From Escherichia coli (GTDB lineage Bacteria > Pseudomonadota > Gammaproteobacteria > Enterobacterales > Enterobacteriaceae), in assembly GCF_003334385.1 (NCBI RefSeq), contig NZ_QOWN01000029.1: a DNA stretch of 59,866 nt. One strand, written 5' to 3'. Both the position numbers and the translations under genes were made by a program. Numbering within the stretch: the first letter of the stretch is position 1; each line of letters begins with the position of its first letter. The notes under the pieces were generated by a model. That model was given only the letters and a program-made list of their open reading frames with translations. It was not told the DNA's origin and made no database searches. This document shows positions 31,602 through 45,783 of this stretch, piece by piece.

Positions 31602-33311
31602 ATGTCTGAAGAAAAATTAGGTCAACATTATCTCGCCGCGCTGAATGAGGCATTTCCGGGCGTCGTGCTGGACCACGCCTGGCAGACCAAAGATCAGCTG
31701 ACTGTCACCGTAAAGGTGAACTACCTGCCGGAAGTGGTGGAGTTTCTTTACTACAAACAGGGTGGCTGGCTGTCGGTGCTGTTTGGTAACGACGAACGCA
31801 AACTGAATGGTCATTACGCCGTTTACTACGTGCTGTCGATGGAGAAGGGCACTAAGTGTTGGATTACGGTTCGCGTCGAAGTTGACGCCAACAAACCGGA
31901 ATATCCGTCCGTGACGCCGCGCGTTCCGGCGGCGGTGTGGGGCGAGCGTGAAGTGCGCGATATGTACGGTTTGATTCCGGTTGGTCTGCCGGATGAACGT
32001 CGTCTGGTGCTGCCGGATGACTGGCCGGATGAACTTTATCCGCTGCGTAAAGACAGCATGGATTATCGTCAGCGTCCGGCACCGACCACCGATGCTGAAA
32101 CCTACGAGTTCATCAACGAACTGGGCGACAAGAAAAACAACGTCGTGCCGATTGGTCCGCTGCACGTCACTTCTGATGAACCGGGCCACTTCCGTCTGTT
32201 CGTCGATGGCGAAAACATTATCGACGCCGACTACCGTCTGTTCTACGTCCATCGCGGCATGGAAAAACTGGCGGAAACCCGTATGGGTTATAACGAAGTG
32301 ACCTTCCTCTCTGACCGTGTGTGCGGGATCTGCGGCTTTGCCCACAGCACCGCCTACACCACGTCGGTGGAAAACGCGATGGGTATTCAGGTGCCAGAAC
32401 GTGCGCAGATGATCCGCGCCATTCTGCTGGAGGTAGAACGCTTGCACTCGCATCTGCTCAACCTTGGCCTGGCCTGTCACTTTACCGGCTTCGACTCCGG
32501 CTTTATGCAGTTCTTCCGCGTGCGTGAAACCTCCATGAAAATGGCAGAGATCCTTACCGGTGCGCGTAAAACCTACGGCCTGAACTTGATCGGCGGGATT
32601 CGTCGCGATCTGCTGAAAGACGACATGATCCAGACCCGCCAGCTGGCACAACAGATGCGTCGTGAAGTGCAGGAGCTGGTGGATGTGCTGCTGAGCACTC
32701 CGAACATGGAACAGCGCACTGTCGGCATTGGTCGTCTGGACCCGGAAATCGCTCGCGACTTCAGTAACGTCGGCCCGATGGTCCGTGCCAGCGGTCACGC
32801 CCGTGATACCCGCGCCGATCACCCGTTTGTCGGCTATGGCCTGCTGCCAATGGAAGTCCACAGCGAGCAGGGCTGCGACGTTATTTCCCGTCTGAAAGTG
32901 CGTATCAACGAAGTCTATACCGCGCTGAACATGATCGACTACGGTCTGGATAACCTGCCGGGTGGCCCACTGATGGTGGAAGGCTTTACCTACATTCCGC
33001 ACCGCTTTGCGCTGGGCTTTGCCGAAGCGCCGCGCGGCGATGATATCCACTGGAGCATGACCGGCGACAACCAGAAGCTGTACCGCTGGCGCTGCCGTGC
33101 CGCGACCTACGCGAACTGGCCGACCCTGCGCTACATGCTGCGCGGCAACACCGTTTCCGATGCGCCGCTGATTATCGGTAGCCTCGACCCTTGCTACTCC
33201 TGTACCGACCGCATGACCGTGGTCGATGTGCGTAAGAAGAAGAGCAAAGTGGTGCCGTACAAAGAACTCGAGCGTTACAGCATTGAGCGTAAAAACTCGC
33301 CGCTGAAATAA
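31602..33311 (+). CDS. hycE: Hydrogenase 3 large subunit HycE ([NiFe], NuoCD-like)
   Basis: 569-aa product from MSEEKLGQHY; N-terminal RxCGxC and C-terminal DPCxSC nickel ligands. Confidence 0.95.
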   Translation: MSEEKLGQHYLAALNEAFPGVVLDHAWQTKDQLTVTVKVNYLPEVVEFLYYKQGGWLSVLFGNDERKLNGHYAVYYVLSMEKGTKCWITVRVEVDANKPEYPSVTPRVPAAVWGEREVRDMYGLIPVGLPDERRLVLPDDWPDELYPLRKDSMDYRQRPAPTTDAETYEFINELGDKKNNVVPIGPLHVTSDEPGHFRLFVDGENIIDADYRLFYVHRGMEKLAETRMGYNEVTFLSDRVCGICGFAHSTAYTTSVENAMGIQVPERAQMIRAILLEVERLHSHLLNLGLACHFTGFDSGFMQFFRVRETSMKMAEILTGARKTYGLNLIGGIRRDLLKDDMIQTRQLAQQMRREVQELVDVLLSTPNMEQRTVGIGRLDPEIARDFSNVGPMVRASGHARDTRADHPFVGYGLLPMEVHSEQGCDVISRLKVRINEVYTALNMIDYGLDNLPGGPLMVEGFTYIPHRFALGFAEAPRGDDIHWSMTGDNQKLYRWRCRAATYANWPTLRYMLRGNTVSDAPLIIGSLDPCYSCTDRMTVVDVRKKKSKVVPYKELERYSIERKNSPLK

Positions 33312-33320
33312 GGAATCGCC

Positions 33321-33863
33321 ATGTTTACCTTTATCAAAAAAGTCATCAAAACCGGCACGGCGACCTCGTCTTATCCGCTGGAGCCGATTGCGGTTGATAA
33401 AAACTTCCGTGGTAAGCCAGAGCAGAACCCGCAGCAGTGCATCGGCTGCGCGGCCTGCGTCAATGCCTGCCCGTCAAACGCCTTAACGGTTGAAACTGAC
33501 CTCGCCACAGGAGAGCTTGCCTGGGAGTTTAATCTTGGGCACTGCATCTTCTGTGGACGCTGCGAAGAAGTCTGCCCGACGGCGGCGATCAAACTGTCGC
33601 AAGAGTACGAACTGGCGGTGTGGAAGAAAGAAGACTTCCTGCAACAGTCCCGCTTCGCGCTGTGCAACTGCCGCGTCTGCAATCGTCCTTTCGCCGTCCA
33701 GAAAGAGATCGACTACGCCATTGCGCTGCTTAAGCACAACGGCGACAGCCGCGCGGAAAACCACCGCGAAAGCTTTGAGACTTGCCCGGAATGTAAGCGC
33801 CAGAAATGCCTGGTGCCGTCCGACCGTATTGAACTGACTCGCCATATGAAAGAGGCCATCTGA
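33321..33863 (+). CDS. hycF: FHL complex iron-sulfur subunit HycF (NuoI-like)
   Basis: 180-aa ORF with two CxxCxxCxxxCP motifs. Confidence 0.95.
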   Translation: MFTFIKKVIKTGTATSSYPLEPIAVDKNFRGKPEQNPQQCIGCAACVNACPSNALTVETDLATGELAWEFNLGHCIFCGRCEEVCPTAAIKLSQEYELAVWKKEDFLQQSRFALCNCRVCNRPFAVQKEIDYAIALLKHNGDSRAENHRESFETCPECKRQKCLVPSDRIELTRHMKEAI

Positions 33864-34630
33864 TGAGCAATTTATTAGGCCCCCGTGACGCCAACGGCAT
33901 TCCGGTCCCCATGACGGTGGATGAATCCATCGCCAGCATGAAGGCGTCGTTACTGAAAAAAATCAAACGTTCTGCCTATGTTTACCGCGTGGACTGCGGC
34001 GGCTGCAACGGTTGCGAAATCGAAATTTTCGCCACGCTTTCGCCGCTGTTTGATGCAGAACGCTTCGGCATTAAAGTCGTTCCTTCACCGCGTCATGCGG
34101 ATATTTTACTGTTTACCGGCGCGGTCACCCGTGCAATGCGATCCCCTGCGCTGCGTGCGTGGCAGTCCGCGCCGGACCCGAAAATTTGTATCTCCTACGG
34201 TGCCTGCGGTAACAGTGGCGGGATCTTCCACGATCTCTACTGCGTGTGGGGCGGTACGGATAAAATTGTCCCTGTGGATGTTTATATCCCTGGCTGCCCG
34301 CCAACGCCTGCCGCCACGCTGTACGGCTTTGCAATGGCGCTCGGCCTGCTGGAGCAGAAAATTCACGCCCGTGGGCCGGGTGAACTGGATGAACAACCGG
34401 CGGAGATCCTGCATGGTGATATGGTGCAGCCGCTGCGCGTGAAAGTGGATCGCGAAGCACGTCGCCTGGCGGGTTATCGTTACGGTCGTCAGATTGCCGA
34501 TGATTACCTTACACAGTTAGGGCAGGGCGAAGAACAGGTTGCACGCTGGCTGGAAGCGGAAAACGATCCGCGTCTGAACGAGATTGTCAGCCATCTGAAT
34601 CATGTTGTTGAAGAGGCGCGTATCCGATGA
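33863..34630 (+). CDS. hycG: Hydrogenase 3 small subunit HycG (NuoB-like)
   Basis: 255-aa ORF with CGGCNGC and GCPP motifs. Confidence 0.95.
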
Positions 34631-35037
34631 GTGAAAAGGTGGTGTTCAGTCAACTGAGCCGTAAATTTATTGATGAGAACGATGCCACGCCCGCCGAGGC
34701 GCAGCAGGTGGTCTATTACAGCCTGGCGATTGGTCACCACCTTGGGGTTATCGATTGCCTGGAAGCGGCGCTCACCTGCCCGTGGGATGAATATCTGGCA
34801 TGGATTGCCACTCTGGAGGCAGGCAGTGAAGCCCGCCGCAAAATGGAAGGCGTGCCGAAATATGGTGAGATCGTCATCGACATTAACCATGTGCCGATGC
34901 TGGCCAACGCATTCGATAAAGCCCGGGCAGCGCAAACTTCGCAGCAGCAGGAATGGAGTACAATGCTGTTAAGTATGCTGCATGATATTCATCAGGAAAA
35001 CGCCATCTATTTGATGGTGAGGAGACTGCGTGACTGA
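34627..35037 (+). CDS. hycH: FHL maturation protein HycH
   Basis: 136-aa ORF, overlaps hycG stop. Confidence 0.9.
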   Translation: MSEKVVFSQLSRKFIDENDATPAEAQQVVYYSLAIGHHLGVIDCLEAALTCPWDEYLAWIATLEAGSEARRKMEGVPKYGEIVIDINHVPMLANAFDKARAAQTSQQQEWSTMLLSMLHDIHQENAIYLMVRRLRD

Positions 35038-35500
35038 CGTTTTACTCTGTGTTGGCAATAGCATGATGGGCGATGATGGCGCAGGTCCGCTGCTGGCGGA
35101 AAAGTGCGCCGCCGCGCCGAAAGGTAACTGGGTGGTGATTGACGGCGGTAGCGCACCGGAAAACGACATCGTCGCTATCCGTGAACTGCGCCCGACACGA
35201 CTGCTGATTGTCGACGCCACGGATATGGGGCTAAACCCCGGCGAGATCCGCATCATCGACCCGGATGATATCGCCGAGATGTTTATGATGACTACCCATA
35301 ACATGCCGTTGAATTACCTTATCGACCAGTTGAAAGAAGATATTGGCGAAGTGATTTTCCTCGGCATTCAGCCGGATATCGTCGGCTTTTACTACCCGAT
35401 GACCCAGCCGATTAAAGATGCGGTAGAAACCGTTTATCAACGACTGGAAGGCTGGGAAGGAAATGGCGGCTTCGCGCAGTTAGCGGTGGAAGAAGAGTAG
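35030..35500 (+). CDS. hycI: Hydrogenase 3 maturation endopeptidase HycI
   Basis: 156-aa ORF starting [20 protein letters not shown]. Confidence 0.95.
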   Translation: MTDVLLCVGNSMMGDDGAGPLLAEKCAAAPKGNWVVIDGGSAPENDIVAIRELRPTRLLIVDATDMGLNPGEIRIIDPDDIAEMFMMTTHNMPLNYLIDQLKEDIGEVIFLGIQPDIVGFYYPMTQPIKDAVETVYQRLEGWEGNGGFAQLAVEEE

Positions 35501-35570
35501 TTTTTCATTAAGGAATCAGGACAGGGATGTTCTTGATGGGGTGAACCAGCTCTGATGCCAAATGCTAAAT

Positions 35571-35651
35571 TGCCCGATGCGCTGCGCTTATCGGGCCTTC
35601 ATGGTTCGTGCGACATGTAGGCCGGATAAGGCGTTCACGCCGCATCCGGCA
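35571..35651. repeat. REP / BIME-like palindromic units
   Basis: TGCCCGATGCGCTGCGCTTATCGGGCC and GTAGGCCGGATAAGGCGTTCACGCCGCATCCGGCAC between convergent hycI and ascB. Confidence 0.8.
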
Positions 35652-35658
35652 CTGTTAC

Positions 35659-38549
<2,891 letters not shown>

Positions 38550-38805
38550 CGGATTTTATCCTGTTATCAGTAGGGTAGATGTAGTTGTTATCAGTCGACG
38601 TGACGGAAAAATGCCGATGCTGAAACGGAATTAAGAAACCGGTTTCACAAAATCATGAATGGTTGTCACTAAATAAGCAAGAGAGTGAATTGTTCATTTT
38701 TTATATTTGTGAAACCGGTCACCTGAATATTTTTCCCGCCGATTGTGCAAGGACAATCGGCAAACGGTGCAGTACACTGCGTTGATTGCGTGTAAAGGGA
38801 TGAAA

Positions 38806-39819
38806 ATGATGACGACGATGCTGGAAGTGGCGAAGCGCGCCGGGGTTTCAAAAGCGACCGTTTCCCGCGTGCTTTCAGGTAATGGCTACGTCAGCCAGGA
38901 GACTAAAGATCGCGTGTTTCAGGCGGTAGAAGAGAGCGGTTACCGTCCAAACTTGCTGGCGCGCAATCTGTCGGCGAAGAGTACTCAGACGCTGGGGCTG
39001 GTAGTGACCAACACGCTTTACCACGGCATTTATTTTAGTGAATTACTCTTTCATGCCGCGCGAATGGCGGAAGAGAAAGGGCGGCAGTTGCTATTGGCAG
39101 ATGGTAAACACAGCGCAGAAGAAGAGCGCCAGGCGATTCAGTATCTGCTGGATCTGCGCTGCGACGCGATCATGATTTACCCGCGTTTTTTAAGCGTGGA
39201 TGAGATCGATGACATCATTGACGCGCACAGTCAGCCGATAATGGTGCTTAATCGCCGCCTGCGCAAAAACAGCAGCCATAGCGTCTGGTGCGATCATAAA
39301 CAGACCAGTTTTAACGCCGTGGCAGAGTTGATAAACGCCGGGCATCAGGAGATTGCTTTCCTTACCGGCTCGATGGATTCCCCCACCAGCATTGAACGTC
39401 TTGCCGGGTATAAAGACGCGCTGGCGCAGCATGGTATTGCGCTCAATGAAAAACTTATCGCTAACGGTAAATGGACGCCTGCCAGCGGGGCCGAAGGGGT
39501 AGAAATGTTGCTCGAACGTGGGGCTAAATTTAGCGCGTTAGTTGCCAGTAACGACGATATGGCGATAGGTGCGATGAAAGCGTTACACGAGCGCGGCGTA
39601 GCGGTGCCAGAGCAGGTGTCAGTTATCGGATTCGATGATATCGCTATTGCCCCCTACACCGTTCCGGCGCTCTCCAGCGTAAAAATTCCGGTGACTGAGA
39701 TGATTCAGGAAATTATTGGACGGCTGATTTTTATGCTCGATGGCGGGGATTTCTCACCGCCGAAAACCTTCAGCGGAAAACTGATCCGCCGCGACTCACT
39801 CATTGCTCCTTCGCGATAA
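38806..39819 (+). CDS. ascG: LacI/GalR-family repressor of the asc operon
   Basis: 337-aa product from MMTTMLEVAKRAGVSKATVSRVL (HTH); start chosen among clustered ATGs at 38800-38811, so the exact start is uncertain by a few codons. Confidence 0.85.
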   Translation: MMTTMLEVAKRAGVSKATVSRVLSGNGYVSQETKDRVFQAVEESGYRPNLLARNLSAKSTQTLGLVVTNTLYHGIYFSELLFHAARMAEEKGRQLLLADGKHSAEEERQAIQYLLDLRCDAIMIYPRFLSVDEIDDIIDAHSQPIMVLNRRLRKNSSHSVWCDHKQTSFNAVAELINAGHQEIAFLTGSMDSPTSIERLAGYKDALAQHGIALNEKLIANGKWTPASGAEGVEMLLERGAKFSALVASNDDMAIGAMKALHERGVAVPEQVSVIGFDDIAIAPYTVPALSSVKIPVTEMIQEIIGRLIFMLDGGDFSPPKTFSGKLIRRDSLIAPSR

Positions 39820-39967
39820 ACATTGTCATCACATGTCATCGTCACTAGTGTCGATGACATCGTTTTTCCTGCATTACAGAAATTAATTTCCTTAAATAAC
39901 AGTAAATTAAAAACTGGCATGATTTGTGAATGTATCGGCGCATTAACTGTCATTGCTGGAGAATTTG

Positions 39968-40495
39968 ATGAACCGTTTCATCATTGCTGACGCGAGTAAA
40001 TGTATTGGTTGCCGTACCTGTGAAGTAGCGTGCGTGGTTTCTCATCAGGAAAATCAGGACTGTGCATCGCTGACCCCGGAAACTTTTTTACCGCGTATCC
40101 ATGTCATTAAAGGTGTGAACATTTCCACGGCGACAGTTTGCCGTCAGTGTGAAGATGCACCGTGCGCTAACGTCTGCCCGAATGGTGCTATCAGCCGTGA
40201 TAAAGGGTTTGTTCATGTGATGCAGGAACGTTGCATTGGTTGCAAAACCTGCGTTGTGGCTTGCCCGTATGGTGCGATGGAAGTGGTGGTACGTCCGGTG
40301 ATCCGCAACAGCGGCGCGGGTCTGAATGTACGGGCTGACAAAGCCGAAGCCAATAAATGCGACCTGTGCAACCATCGTGAAGACGGCCCGGCGTGTATGG
40401 CGGCTTGCCCGACTCATGCGCTGATTTGTGTCGATCGTAATAAACTTGAACAACTGAGCGCAGAAAAACGCCGCCGTACGGCGCTGATGTTCTAA
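39968..40495 (+). CDS. hydN: Electron transport ferredoxin-like protein HydN
   Basis: 175-aa product from [22 protein letters not shown]; multiple 4Fe-4S motifs. Confidence 0.9.
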
Positions 40496-40647
40496 AAATC
40501 TTACAGAACTGTTCTGGCATCAAAGGAATTCCCGGAAATATTCGTAGAATACGGAGCGGGCGGTATCGCCGACCTGTGACTGCCGGATGCGACGCTGTCG
40601 TGTCCGGCAGGGCGGGTTACGCAATTCATGATGGCGGGAATAACTCA

Positions 40648-42900
40648 ATGGCAAAAAACACATCTTGCGGTGTCCAACTGCGTATTCGTGGCAAAGTGCA
40701 GGGCGTCGGTTTTCGTCCGTTTGTCTGGCAGCTGGCACAGCAATTAAATCTTCACGGCGATGTCTGTAATGACGGCGATGGCGTAGAAGTCCGGCTGCGG
40801 GAAGACCCGGAAACGTTTCTTGTTCAATTGTATCAGCACTGCCCGCCGCTGGCGCGTATTGATAGCGTCGAGCGTGAGCCGTTTATCTGGTCACAACTGC
40901 CCACCGAGTTCACTATACGCCAGAGCACAGGCGGCACCATGAATACGCAAATTGTTCCCGATGCCGCTACTTGCCCTGCTTGCCTTGCCGAAATGAATAC
41001 CCCAGGCGAACGGCGTTATCGTTATCCGTTTATCAACTGTACCCACTGCGGCCCGCGTTTCACCATTATTCGCGCCATGCCTTACGACCGCCCGTTTACC
41101 GTGATGGCGGCGTTTCCGCTATGTCCGGCCTGTGACAAAGAGTACCGTGACCCGCTCGATCGTCGCTTCCACGCCCAGCCGGTGGCCTGCCCGGAGTGTG
41201 GCCCGCATCTTGAATGGGTAAGTCATGGTGAACATGCGGAACAAGAGGCGGCATTACAGGCAGCTATCGCACAGTTAAAAATGGGCAAAATTGTCGCCAT
41301 CAAAGGGATTGGCGGATTTCATCTTGCCTGCGATGCACGTAACAGTAACGCGGTGGCGACACTTCGGGCGCGCAAACATCGCCCGGCGAAACCGCTGGCG
41401 GTCATGTTGCCAGTGGCTGACGGTTTACCAGACGCTGCGCGCCAGTTGCTTACCACGCCCGCCGCGCCGATTGTGCTGGTGGATAAAAAATACGTTCCTG
41501 AGCTTTGTGATGATATCGCCCCTGACCTTAACGAAGTCGGGGTAATGTTGCCTGCGAACCCGCTCCAGCATTTGCTGTTACAGGAACTGCAATGCCCGCT
41601 GGTGATGACCTCCGGCAACCTGAGCGGTAAACCACCAGCTATCAGCAACGAACAGGCGCTGGCGGATTTGCAGGGCATTGCCGACGGATTCTTGATACAT
41701 AACCGCGACATCGTGCAGCGGATGGATGATTCGGTGGTGCGCGAAAGCGGCGAAATGCTGCGCCGTTCGCGGGGGTATGTGCCGGATGCGCTGGCTTTGC
41801 CTCCGGGCTTTAAAAATGTTCCGCCTGTGCTGTGTCTCGGCGCGGATCTGAAAAATACCTTCTGCCTGGTGCGCGGTGAACAAGCGGTGTTGAGTCAGCA
41901 TCTGGGCGATTTAAGTGACGATGGCATCCAGATGCAGTGGCGCGAAGCGTTACGCCTGATGCAAAACATCTACGATTTTACCCCGCAATACGTTGTGCAT
42001 GACGCGCATCCGGGCTATGTCTCCAGCCAGTGGGCGCGTGAAATGAATCTGCCGACGCAAACGGTACTGCATCATCATGCCCATGCAGCGGCGTGTCTGG
42101 CAGAGCATCAGTGGCCGCTGGATGGCGGTGATGTCATTGCTTTGACGCTCGACGGTATCGGTATGGGGGAGAACGGCGCTTTGTGGGGCGGCGAGTGCCT
42201 GCGGGTGAACTATCGCGAATGTGAGCACCTGGGCGGCTTGCCTGCAGTGGCGCTTCCGGGTGGCGATTTGGCAGCGAAGCAGCCGTGGCGAAACCTGCTG
42301 GCGCAGTGCCTGCGCTTTGTGCCGGAGTGGCAGAATTACTCTGAAACAGCAAGTGTGCAACAGCAAAACTGGAGCGTGCTGGCGCGGGCCATTGAGCGTG
42401 GAATTAACGCGCCGCTGGCGTCATCGTGTGGGCGTTTTTTCGATGCAGTGGCGGCGGCACTGGGCTGTGCGCCAGCCACGTTAAGTTATGAAGGTGAAGC
42501 GGCTTGTGCTCTGGAGGCGCTCGCAGCCTCATGCCACGGAGTGACGCATCCGGTGACAATGCCGCGGGTGGACAATCAACTGGATCTCGCCACTTTCTGG
42601 CAGCAGTGGCTGAACTGGCAGGCACCGGTTAATCAACGCGCGTGGGCGTTTCATGATGCGCTGGCGCAGGGTTTTGCCGCGTTGATGCGTGAGCAGGCCA
42701 CGATGCGTGGTATCACTACGCTGGTATTTAGCGGCGGGGTTATTCATAACCGTTTGCTGCGTGCACGTCTGGCGCATTATCTCGCTGATTTCACATTGCT
42801 CTTTCCACAGAGTTTACCGGCGGGTGATGGCGGTTTGTCTCTGGGGCAGGGGGTTATTGCTGCGGCGCGTTGGTTAGCGGGTGAAGTCCAGAACGGATAA
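40648..42900 (+). CDS. hypF: Carbamoyltransferase HypF (hydrogenase maturation)
   Basis: 750-aa product from [28 protein letters not shown] (acylphosphatase domain), two Zn-finger CxxC pairs, YrdC and Kae1-like domains. Confidence 0.95.
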
Positions 42901-42923
42901 AACGTGTTGCATTTGGACACCAT

Positions 42924-43006
<83 letters not shown>

Positions 43007-43027
43007 ATTTTAGGCACAGTAGCCCAC

Positions 43028-44161
43028 CTACATCGGCAATGTTTTCAACAATCCAAATGCCTCTTTCATCCGATCCTCACTGACCACAAAGGCGCGAAGC
43101 TGGTCAGCATCGTCAACGCCGCGCGCCACCATTCCCTGGCGTTCGGTATTAATTTGCCAGCGTAAATCCTGACGCTGGGTTTCGCCTGCCAGATGCAGCG
43201 GTAATTCCGGCGTTTTGATTTTCACCAGCATCGCCGGGAGTTTCAGCGGCGTGTTATTGCCGAGAAGATTTTTTGCCAGCACCATCGCGCTAAGTTGAAT
43301 CGGCTGGAGGAACGGCAATACCTGACCGTTAATTTCCGCGCAATCGCCCAGCGCGTAAATATCGGTATTACTGGTTTGCAGATAACTATCGACGCAAACG
43401 CCGCGATTAATCGTCAGCCCGGCGCGTCGTGCCAGGGCGGTTTCCGGGCGCAGTCCGGTGGCGGCAATTACCGCATCCACTTCGATGCTACGCTGGCGGT
43501 CCAGCGTTGCCAGAATGCCAGAATCCGTTTTTTCCAGCCCCTGCAACTGAGATTTCAACAGCAGATGAACACCCATCTCCGTCAACCGATGCTGCAAGCG
43601 GCTGCTTACTTCCGGTGGCATTAACGACGCCAGAATACTGGCAGCGTTGTCGATTAGCGTGACCGCTTTGCCTGCACGACAAAAATCCATCGCCAGTTCG
43701 CTACCAATCAAACCACCGCCAACAATCAACACGCGTCGGGCATCCCGCAGTTGCGTTTCACAGGCGCGATACTCTTGCTGACTATTTAACGTCAGCATTA
43801 ACTCACGCCCAGGCACAGGCGGGACAAAGGCGCTGGCACCGGTTGCCAGCACTAACTTGTCGTATTGCCACTGATTATTCTGGCTTTTCACCACATGGGC
43901 TTCGGCATCGATATCCGTCACCCAGGTGTGCGGAAACAGGCGCAGATTAAACTGCTCGGCAAATTCACCCGCCGTCTGGCGGGTAAGGTCGTCGGCACGT
44001 TGCCCCTGACTGATAACATGGCTGAGGTCAGGTTTGTTGTACTCATCTATGCTGTCGGCGGCAATCAAGGTTAATGGAATAGTGGCGTCCTGTTTGCGAA
44101 TATTTTTCACCAGTTGTCGGGCGGCGAAGCCCGAACCAATGATCACAATGCCGTTGCTCAT
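43028..44161 (-). CDS. norW: NADH:flavorubredoxin oxidoreductase
   Basis: 377-aa ORF with FAD motif GSGFAA, overlaps norV stop. Confidence 0.95.
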   Translation of the reverse strand: MSNGIVIIGSGFAARQLVKNIRKQDATIPLTLIAADSIDEYNKPDLSHVISQGQRADDLTRQTAGEFAEQFNLRLFPHTWVTDIDAEAHVVKSQNNQWQYDKLVLATGASAFVPPVPGRELMLTLNSQQEYRACETQLRDARRVLIVGGGLIGSELAMDFCRAGKAVTLIDNAASILASLMPPEVSSRLQHRLTEMGVHLLLKSQLQGLEKTDSGILATLDRQRSIEVDAVIAATGLRPETALARRAGLTINRGVCVDSYLQTSNTDIYALGDCAEINGQVLPFLQPIQLSAMVLAKNLLGNNTPLKLPAMLVKIKTPELPLHLAGETQRQDLRWQINTERQGMVARGVDDADQLRAFVVSEDRMKEAFGLLKTLPM

Positions 44162-45597
44162 TTTGCCTCCGATGCCAGTTCGTCAAAGACGTCTTTGCCG
44201 AGGGAGCATTCCGGGCACAGGAAGTTATCCGGGACTTCACTCCACGGCGTTCCTGGTGCAACGTCCTGCATTGGCTCGCCTTTTGCCGGATCGTAAATCC
44301 ACCGGCAGACGCTGCACTGCATCCGTGGGCCGAGGTCAGCCGTCGTGGCGGCAGAGGTTTCTTCTTTAACTACCGTATTCACCGTGCTCTGCGGCAGCGG
44401 CGCGAGCGCCCACTGACGGGCGATTTCGCGACCGTGTTCACGGCATAACTCCAGAGCGTCCTGGTCTGGTCGCCATTTGGCTTTCAGGCTGAGCGACATT
44501 TCGAAACCCGCATCCTGCAGGCGCGTGGAAAGACGATCCACCGCACCGCCGCTCCAGCCGTGAGAGCCGAAAGCACTGGCGCGTTTGTTACGGAAGCGTA
44601 AACCAGTCATCTCCTCCACCAGCCCGGCGATTTTCGGCATCATCACGTTATTCATCGTCGAAGTGCCGACCAGCACGCCTTTTGAGCGGAAGACATTGGT
44701 CAGGATTTCGTTTTTATCGCTTCGGGCGACGTTGAAAATTTTCACCGCCACGCGTGGGTCGGTTTCCGCAATCCCCTGGGCGATAGCGTCAGCCATCATG
44801 CGGGTGTTATTCGACATGGTGTCGTAGAAAATGGTGATTCTGTCTTCCTGATAATCAGCCGCCCATTTCAGGTACAGCTCGACAATTTGCGTCGGGTTAT
44901 CGCGCCAGACCACGCCGTGGGAGGTCGCTATCATATCGACTGGTAAGTTAAAGCCCAGGATCTCGGTAATTTTCGGCGTTACCAGGCGGCTGAACGGCGT
45001 CAGGATATTGGCGTAGTAACGCTGGCACTGCTCGAAAAGCTCCGTCTGATCCACTTCATCGTTGAACAGATGCTCGTCACAGTAGTGCTGACCGAAAGCA
45101 TCGTTACTGAACAGCACCGCGTCGCCTGTCAGGTAAGTCATCATGCTGTCCGGCCAGTGCAGCATTGGTGTTTCGACAAAAATGAGCTGTTTGCCGTTGC
45201 CGATATCCAGCGTGTCGCCAGTTTTCACCACATTAAAATTCCACTCCGGATGATGGTGATGACCATTTATCGAGTCGATAGCGTTGGCAGTACAGTAGAT
45301 CGGCGTATCGGGAATTTGTGCCATCAGTTCGGTCAGCGCCCCAGCGTGGTCCTCTTCTGCATGGTTAATCACGATGTAATCGATATCCGCCAGATCGATT
45401 TCATTACGCAGGTTCTGCACAAATTCGCGGCTGAATTTATGGTCGACGGTGTCGATCAGCACGTTTTTTTCTTCGCGGATGAGGTAGCTATTGTAGCTGC
45501 TGCCGCGCAGCGTTTTATATTCCGTGCCGTGAAAATCACGCACTTCCCAGTCACGTTGACCAACCCAATGAATGTTATTTTTCACCACAATAGACAT
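44158..45597 (-). CDS. norV: Anaerobic nitric oxide reductase flavorubredoxin
   Basis: 479-aa ORF: metallo-beta-lactamase-like + flavodoxin + C-terminal rubredoxin (CxxC...CPxC). Confidence 0.95.
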   Translation of the reverse strand: MSIVVKNNIHWVGQRDWEVRDFHGTEYKTLRGSSYNSYLIREEKNVLIDTVDHKFSREFVQNLRNEIDLADIDYIVINHAEEDHAGALTELMAQIPDTPIYCTANAIDSINGHHHHPEWNFNVVKTGDTLDIGNGKQLIFVETPMLHWPDSMMTYLTGDAVLFSNDAFGQHYCDEHLFNDEVDQTELFEQCQRYYANILTPFSRLVTPKITEILGFNLPVDMIATSHGVVWRDNPTQIVELYLKWAADYQEDRITIFYDTMSNNTRMMADAIAQGIAETDPRVAVKIFNVARSDKNEILTNVFRSKGVLVGTSTMNNVMMPKIAGLVEEMTGLRFRNKRASAFGSHGWSGGAVDRLSTRLQDAGFEMSLSLKAKWRPDQDALELCREHGREIARQWALAPLPQSTVNTVVKEETSAATTADLGPRMQCSVCRWIYDPAKGEPMQDVAPGTPWSEVPDNFLCPECSLGKDVFDELASEAK

Positions 45598-45644
45598 AGC
45601 AACCTCAATTTATTCAGCGTGTTCTAAAAAGATGTCTTGCTAAT

Positions 45645-45660
45645 TGCAGATTGCGTGCCA
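45645..45660 (-). promoter_or_regulatory. sigma54 (-24/-12) promoter of norVW
   Basis: Minus-strand TGGCACGCAATCTGCA (GG-N10-GC), about 50 nt upstream of norV start. Confidence 0.7.
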
Positions 45661-45714
45661 GTTTTTTATCTGATTGTTTTTACTCTATAAATAAAATTAT
45701 GCCCATTAATGAGT

Positions 45715-45771
45715 AGTCAAAATGACTATCAATCAAATGGTCGATATGACAATATCTATAGTCAAATTGAC
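45715..45771. promoter_or_regulatory. Three NorR enhancer sites (GT-N7-AC inverted repeats)
   Basis: GTCAAAATGAC (45715-45725), GTCGATATGAC (45740-45750), GTCAAATTGAC (45761-45771), spaced about 21-25 bp apart between divergent norV and norR. Confidence 0.75.
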
Positions 45772-45783
45772 AGTGAGGCAAAG

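Noticed and set aside
31617-33050. 477-aa ORF on the minus strand
   Set aside because: Antisense to hycE (hydrogenase 3 large subunit); His/Val/Arg-rich shadow ORF, no start context.
45709-45783. N-terminal 25-codon extension of norR in the longest ORF
   Set aside because: The extension would be translated through the three NorR binding sites and the norV promoter region; the ATG at 45784 gives the expected 504-aa protein.
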